From Marinilabiliaceae bacterium (GTDB lineage Bacteria > Bacteroidota > Bacteroidia > Bacteroidales > Marinilabiliaceae), in assembly GCA_016933045.1 (NCBI GenBank), contig JAFGBR010000021.1:24886-88885 (forward strand): DNA of 64,000 nucleotides, read 5' to 3'. The translations under genes were made by a program, and so were the position numbers. The notes beneath the pieces were generated by a model, which had not been told where the DNA came from, did not search any database, and worked only from the letters and a program-made list of their open reading frames with translations. This document shows, in pieces, positions 59,022 to 64,000 of this stretch (position 1 is the stretch's first letter; every line of letters begins with the position of its first letter).

Positions 59022-59184
59022 AAGGATGCTAAAACAGCCTAAAATCGTATTTTTTAGTTACGCAGAAATGCCTAGCAAATACGTTTTAATGCGTATTTAC
59101 CAGGCGAACAGAAGATGCTGTGAAATGTGGATTTTGAATATTAAGAATCCTTAATTTATTAGTATATAGTTGTGTTTGTTATTG

Positions 59185-62100
59185 CTATAAAATAATTAAT
59201 TTTTTATTTACAACATAAATACCTTTTGAAAGAGGAATGTGTGTAATGCCTTCGTTAATTTGTTGATGATAGATAAGAACTCCGGTTATTGTATATATTT
59301 TTAATTGAATGGGAGATGTGGTTTTGATTTGAATTCCTTTGTTTTGTTTGCTTATTTCAATGTTTATTGTTTGATGTTTTTTTTCAGGTAAATGGCTTTG
59401 AATGTTACGAATTGGACAATATTGCAATGTGAGGTGATCGGCACTCCACCAGTTGTTTAATCCGGAATATGTTAATCCGATTCGTAGTTTTTCTCCGTTT
59501 TGTAATGGTATTTCTGATGTAGTAACTTTTTGCCAGCCATTTTTATATTCGGATTCCAGTGGTGAGATATTTCCAATGCCGGTAATTGTTTGTACATCTT
59601 TTTTTGTTTTTCCATCATCGCACGACACATAAAAATCCATATTGGTACCTGCTGAGCTTCGTAATAACATGCTTGCTGTGTATATTCCAGCTGGAAGGTA
59701 AGAGTAATCCTGAAACATTTCGGAGGTGAACGCAGATGATGACCATTTGTTCCAATAATTATTTGTGCTAACCGCATCAAATGCTTCCCCCGTTGAATAA
59801 TCATTGTTTTTTACTCTCCAGCCGTAGTTGTCTTTGCGAGTACAATCGGGATTAATAAGTACAGGAGATGCGTCGGCTTTTGTCGAATCTTCGTTCCAAA
59901 TAAAAAGAGCTTTGTATCGGGCATCAGATTCTTTACGCATTTTATGTTTAAAGGTGTCAACATCCTGCGAAAGTACATCATCTAAGTTGCCCAAATAACG
60001 CAGTTTGAATTCATCTGCACCAGCCCAACGAGCAGTCATAGTACCCAGGTTTTTAATTCCAATGCGCAGTGAATCATTCTCAACAACAATATAAGGAATG
60101 GATTGCCGGTTTGCAGTATTTAATTCACTATCGATATTAACCGGAGAAAAATACTCTATTCCTTCAGCCTGTGCATAAATACCCACATGGCCGTTTGCAG
60201 AATCGCCGGTTATGCCATTGGTGCTGTTAAAACAGGCTGCCGATAGTTCGTATACTCCCGGTTCTATATTTTTAATTATCTGGTAATAATCGAAATGCAT
60301 GTTACGAGAATTCTCATCCCACACCTCTAAATAGGTATCACCTGTAGATTTGGTAAATCCGTTGGATGCCGATTTGATGCATGTCCATCCGTCAACAGTT
60401 GATTTGTTGTTTGTAATAATATTTGGATTTACTATGTACCCAAGTGCAATTTGATTGCTAAATGTTTCTTCGCCCGTTAAGGTAGTTACTCGTAGCCGGA
60501 ATTCATCGGTATTAATATCGAAATCGGATAAGTTGAAGGAGTAGGTTAGTTGTATTGTGTCGAATAATGAACGATTTGTTTCGGAAAAGTAATTTTCGTA
60601 CGTTCCATCCGTCTTTTTTCGTTGAATAATAAGCTTGGCGGTCATATCGCCATTGGAATTATTAATAGTGAAAATTAACTTACCTGCTGTGGCGTTTATT
60701 TTCGCTTCCATAGTAACTGTTTTTAACGAAGGAGCCCACCAAATAGGTGTGAATTGTACATTAGCGTTGTATGCAAAAGTTGATTTGTTATCTCGATATA
60801 CTTGACCTGCGGGCGTTACCCATCCATCGTCGGCAATCATGGCCCGGTAGTAGCTGTCCCAGTTGTAAATCGAGTATCGTTCTATAAAACTGCATGTGTC
60901 GAGTACATTAAGAATTTCTTTAATAGCAACACGGTTTTTTTCAAGTTTATCACCGTACCCCGATGGCCAGCTTTCTGTAGTCCATGAGGCTCCGTTGTTC
61001 CATTCTGTTATCCAAATGGGGCGTTTTGTGTTGTCATGTATTGTTTTTAATCGATTGTACCATGCTTGCGCATTGGCAGCTTCGTTTGTTCCCCAGTAAC
61101 AGTGCATTACTGCAAAATCGCAACGATATGCCATATTATCACAGTGGTCAATATACTCGTTAAGCCAACCGGCATCGGTAGGAGCCGGTGAGCCGATACG
61201 CATTCCTGTAACTTGTAGAGAAGGTGTTATTTCGCAGGCTTTCCAAGGCGAAATAACACCGCCACACGAACATTTGTCGGATGTGTGTTGTTCGGCATGT
61301 TCGGGTTCATTAATGCTCAGAACGTGGGTGCTGTTATTTTGTTGGCTAATTTGATTTATTGATGGCCAGTAAAGATGTTGTAAAATAGGAATGTATTCGG
61401 TATTATAACTGCTGTTTCGGTCGGCACTCCAGGTGTAAAACCATGTGGCACGCATTTTTTTACACTCCGTTGCAATGGCCGAATTGCTAGTTGTGCTGCA
61501 CCATCCTTTTTTCGATACGTAATTCCATTTTTTAATGTGTACAGACGATATTCGTTTATTAAGGGCTTGCGGTAATGACGTTACTTTTATGTCATGATGA
61601 TCGGCAACATAAACACGGCTGTACCCACTTCCTTGCGAACCACTTGCTAATATTGCCATATATCCGCGTTTAAGAACAAAACTTTGAAATGAATTAGCCT
61701 TTTGCCCCAATTCATTGGCTCCTGTTTTTAACACTGTTTCTTGTCCTGTATAACCTTCGGAACTATAACCAATAAAGGGAATTGTGTTGTTATTTTCGGG
61801 CATCACAATTGTACCATTAAGGTAAACGCCAATTCTTACATTACTGCCTGTTATTGCTTGTTGTCCGTTTATAGAAATAAATTTTAAATAATTACTCACC
61901 ACATCAGAGGGTAAGGTGTTGTCAAAAATAATCCATGCATTTTCATGAGCCAGATTAATAGTGCTGTTTATTAATGGATTTGTCTCCTGCATAATGTGGA
62001 AATCAACAGCTTCATTCAAATTCAATGTTGATCCATTAAGAAAAACTGCATATCGACAATTATTTCCATATTTATCGGTAACATATAAGCCTTGCTCCAA

Positions 62101-63240
62101 TGCATTCGTAGCACTAATTACTTCGGGGGTGTATTTTTCTAATTCCACGGCTTGTATAATTGTCCATTCTGCATTGGTTTCATTATTTGTGTAAGCTGGA
62201 ACAAAATATGAAGGGGCAGATCCAAGTAATGTTCCATCTCTATATACTTTAACAATTGTGTCGTTAAATGCAAATTGGTAATTATGTTGTTGAATAGTGT
62301 CGGTTGAAGCTGGGGCGATTATTTTAGTTTTTATTTGTACCTTATTATTGCCGCCAATTTCAATTAATGCGCCTTTACCATTTTTATTGCGTACAAGTAC
62401 CCAAATGGAGCTGCTATCTGTTTTTTGTTTTAAATCATTTAGCGCAATTGTAAATGAATTATCTACATCGAAATTTCTACCGCTTAAAAGTGTTGATTTA
62501 TTTGAGCTTAGACAATCGATAATAACCAAGCTCAACGTTTCAGTAGCTTCAATTATTTGAGATAAATCTGTTGAGTCGTTACTGTTATAAATGCTATCGG
62601 CTGCCATCAAAGCTACTGATACCTTTTGTTTAAGACTGTCGGGGTATGATTCTTGTGCGACTATATTGTTTCCTGTTTCGATATAATTTAAAAGTTCTTC
62701 AAGATAAAGTTGTTTACGTGAATTGTCAAAGTCACTACTTGCATCAAATATTTCCCACCGGCTTAATTCGTTTAATGTTTTATCGTAAAAAACACTAATA
62801 TAGGTATCTGTTTCGTGCCCGGTGTCACAGCCTAAGTGTAGAGATGGAGATTTTTCACAACTTAAACTGCCATTAAAACCGGGAGTTACAAACCATAAGT
62901 AGTTATCGGTAGTTGCTCGTTGCGACTGAAATACTACACTCCATGTGTTACTTGTGCTTGCTGTTAAATAATTACCCGTGCTTTTTTGTCGAAGTAAATA
63001 ATAACCTTCAATTCCCGATTCTTCGGCAATGAAAATATAGCTATCATCGCTGTTTATACCTGTTTTGGAAAGACCGGGTGTGGTATCGTCCGATTTTTGT
63101 CCCAGAATACTATTGTAGTAAATATTGTAAAAGTAGTATTCATTACCGTTTATTAATTGAGCTGTAATAATGTTATTTCCTGAAATGAGTATTATTATGA
63201 TTAAAAATGGGATTGATAATGCACGTAAAATTTGTTTCAT
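59185..63240 (-). CDS. large secreted multidomain glycoside hydrolase (Glyco_hydro_cc / GH128-like catalytic core) with T9SS C-terminal sorting domain
   Basis: 1351 aa with signal peptide. The central core is WFYTWSADRN...LSINEPEH...RIGSPAP...CDFAVMHCYW...PIWITEWN. There are two duplicated CBM-like modules (...LRIGIKNLG..RWAGADEFKLRY / ...LRIGLTYSG..WWSADHLTLQY). The C-terminal ~70 aa are T9SS CTD-like (IYTITGVLI...LSKGIYVVN). Confidence 0.8.
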   Translation of the reverse strand: MKQILRALSIPFLIIIILISGNNIITAQLINGNEYYFYNIYYNSILGQKSDDTTPGLSKTGINSDDSYIFIAEESGIEGYYLLRQKSTGNYLTASTSNTWSVVFQSQRATTDNYLWFVTPGFNGSLSCEKSPSLHLGCDTGHETDTYISVFYDKTLNELSRWEIFDASSDFDNSRKQLYLEELLNYIETGNNIVAQESYPDSLKQKVSVALMAADSIYNSNDSTDLSQIIEATETLSLVIIDCLSSNKSTLLSGRNFDVDNSFTIALNDLKQKTDSSSIWVLVRNKNGKGALIEIGGNNKVQIKTKIIAPASTDTIQQHNYQFAFNDTIVKVYRDGTLLGSAPSYFVPAYTNNETNAEWTIIQAVELEKYTPEVISATNALEQGLYVTDKYGNNCRYAVFLNGSTLNLNEAVDFHIMQETNPLINSTINLAHENAWIIFDNTLPSDVVSNYLKFISINGQQAITGSNVRIGVYLNGTIVMPENNNTIPFIGYSSEGYTGQETVLKTGANELGQKANSFQSFVLKRGYMAILASGSQGSGYSRVYVADHHDIKVTSLPQALNKRISSVHIKKWNYVSKKGWCSTTSNSAIATECKKMRATWFYTWSADRNSSYNTEYIPILQHLYWPSINQISQQNNSTHVLSINEPEHAEQHTSDKCSCGGVISPWKACEITPSLQVTGMRIGSPAPTDAGWLNEYIDHCDNMAYRCDFAVMHCYWGTNEAANAQAWYNRLKTIHDNTKRPIWITEWNNGASWTTESWPSGYGDKLEKNRVAIKEILNVLDTCSFIERYSIYNWDSYYRAMIADDGWVTPAGQVYRDNKSTFAYNANVQFTPIWWAPSLKTVTMEAKINATAGKLIFTINNSNGDMTAKLIIQRKKTDGTYENYFSETNRSLFDTIQLTYSFNLSDFDINTDEFRLRVTTLTGEETFSNQIALGYIVNPNIITNNKSTVDGWTCIKSASNGFTKSTGDTYLEVWDENSRNMHFDYYQIIKNIEPGVYELSAACFNSTNGITGDSANGHVGIYAQAEGIEYFSPVNIDSELNTANRQSIPYIVVENDSLRIGIKNLGTMTARWAGADEFKLRYLGNLDDVLSQDVDTFKHKMRKESDARYKALFIWNEDSTKADASPVLINPDCTRKDNYGWRVKNNDYSTGEAFDAVSTNNYWNKWSSSAFTSEMFQDYSYLPAGIYTASMLLRSSAGTNMDFYVSCDDGKTKKDVQTITGIGNISPLESEYKNGWQKVTTSEIPLQNGEKLRIGLTYSGLNNWWSADHLTLQYCPIRNIQSHLPEKKHQTINIEISKQNKGIQIKTTSPIQLKIYTITGVLIYHQQINEGITHIPLSKGIYVVNKKLIIL

Positions 63241-63481
63241 TGGGTTTGAATTATATGATTATTTGAAAAATATTTAGTGTTTTTTTATTTATCGAAAATA
63301 TGAAAATGGTATTTAAAACAGTATTACATATTTGACAAGAACTTGTAAAAATTCTGATTTATAGCAGTTCAAAAATTCAACAAACTATATATCATGAGAT
63401 GTTACTTTATTGCCCAAAAAAATCATAGCTTTCGATTTTTTTTATTATAGCTTTCATCTATAATTTATTATAAAATGTAGT

Positions 63482-64000
63482 ATGAGAAATGGCATTGTTA
63501 TATTGTTTTTGATGCCTTTTTTTCTAACAATGATTGCTATTAGCATACAATGTTCAAAGGATGATGACGATTCAAATCCCTAATAAGAGATATGGGATAT
63601 TGATAAAGATGGCATCTCCAAGTTTATCGATTCAAATTACATTGAACTGAACAAGATTTACCGGATATTGAAATTCTAGTTATCGTATGGACATGATTAT
63701 TCTGATGTTTTTGAAAATTGCCGCAGCATGAAATAATATTCTTAACCACGCCTCTATGTTGACTGGTTTACGGTCGAAAACTTCTCTCTCGTTAATGGTA
63801 GTATTGCGCGTGTTGAAAATGAATGTACTTGCTTAAAATCGGATACTCAATTTGCATTCAGGTTCTCGATTTTTCATATCAGTCTGTCAAACCAGTACAA
63901 CATTGATGTCCAAGTTGCAGAGGGAGAACAATTGGGCTGGCATATTGGGTTTCAAACCATGTCGGATATTTCGGTCATTGAAAATGATCCAACCAAACAA
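63482..64000 (+). pseudogene. surface-lipoprotein gene interrupted by five in-frame UAA/UAG codons (continues past window end)
   Basis: A single frame reads MRNGIVILFLMPFFLTMIAISIQC-SKDDDDSNP**EIWDIDKDGISKFID...ILKF*LSYGHDYSDVFENCRSMK*YS*PRLYVDW...GWHIGFQTMSDISVIENDPTKQ. Stops are at 63581, 63584, 63677, 63734 and 63743. No frameshift is needed. Confidence 0.55.

Noticed and set aside
63581-63745. UAA/UAG reassignment (a Gln-type alternative genetic code) as the explanation for the in-frame stops.
   Set aside because: The well-supported genes in the window end cleanly at TAA/TAG (for example pgi, hisB, cydB), with lengths matching their families. Recoding of the host genome is therefore not supported, and a pseudogene is the simpler reading.
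1-64000. Search for CRISPR arrays, IS elements/transposases, integrases, phage or known defence-system genes, rRNA, and large direct repeats.
   Set aside because: None was recognised by eye on either strand. The only repeats seen are short hairpins/terminators and paralogous genes (ompH x3, cyclophilin x3, exbD x2). A computational repeat or HMM scan would be needed to exclude diverged elements.

Overview
AT-rich chromosomal segment (about one-third G+C by eye, not computed) that looks like a Bacteroidota genome. Evidence for that placement: nadK / beta-barrel protein / uppS-bamA-ompH(x3)-murI synteny, a small membrane ORF in front of cydAB, a T9SS-type C-terminal sorting domain, a lipoprotein export signal (C-S-K-D-D-D-D), and TAnnTTTG '-7' promoter boxes in front of many genes and both tRNAs. 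The window is densely packed with about 60 mostly housekeeping CDSs. These include pdxJ, nadK, uppS, bamA, murI, korAB, gdhA, ansA, an exbB-exbD-exbD cluster, priA, prfB, three cyclophilin PPIases, lysS, gpsA, pgi, cydAB, pssA, hisG-hisD-hisC-(esterase)-hisB, a NarL-type two-component pair, pstSCAB, and a 1351-aa T9SS glycoside hydrolase. It also holds tRNA-His(GTG) and tRNA-Val(GAC). I saw no rRNA, CRISPR array, transposase, integrase, phage module or recognisable defence system, so I cannot point to a clear novel multi-gene system. Most interesting items: (1) a His5 leader peptide with overlapping terminator/antiterminator upstream of hisG. (2) Two catalytically degenerate trypsin-like domains, one fused to a cyclophilin and one to TPR repeats, in and next to a triple-PPIase array. 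(3) A truncated aminotransferase-like ORF paired with an OlsB/GlsB-like N-acyltransferase, sharing a 10-nt upstream motif and a palindromic operator candidate. (4) An unannotated 42-codon single-TM ORF just after cydB. (5) A secreted esterase wedged inside the his operon. (6) A surface-lipoprotein pseudogene with five in-frame UAA/UAG stops and no frameshift. (7) The prfB +1 frameshift, which the ORF track splits. Homology calls come from reading the translated ORFs by eye; no database search was possible.
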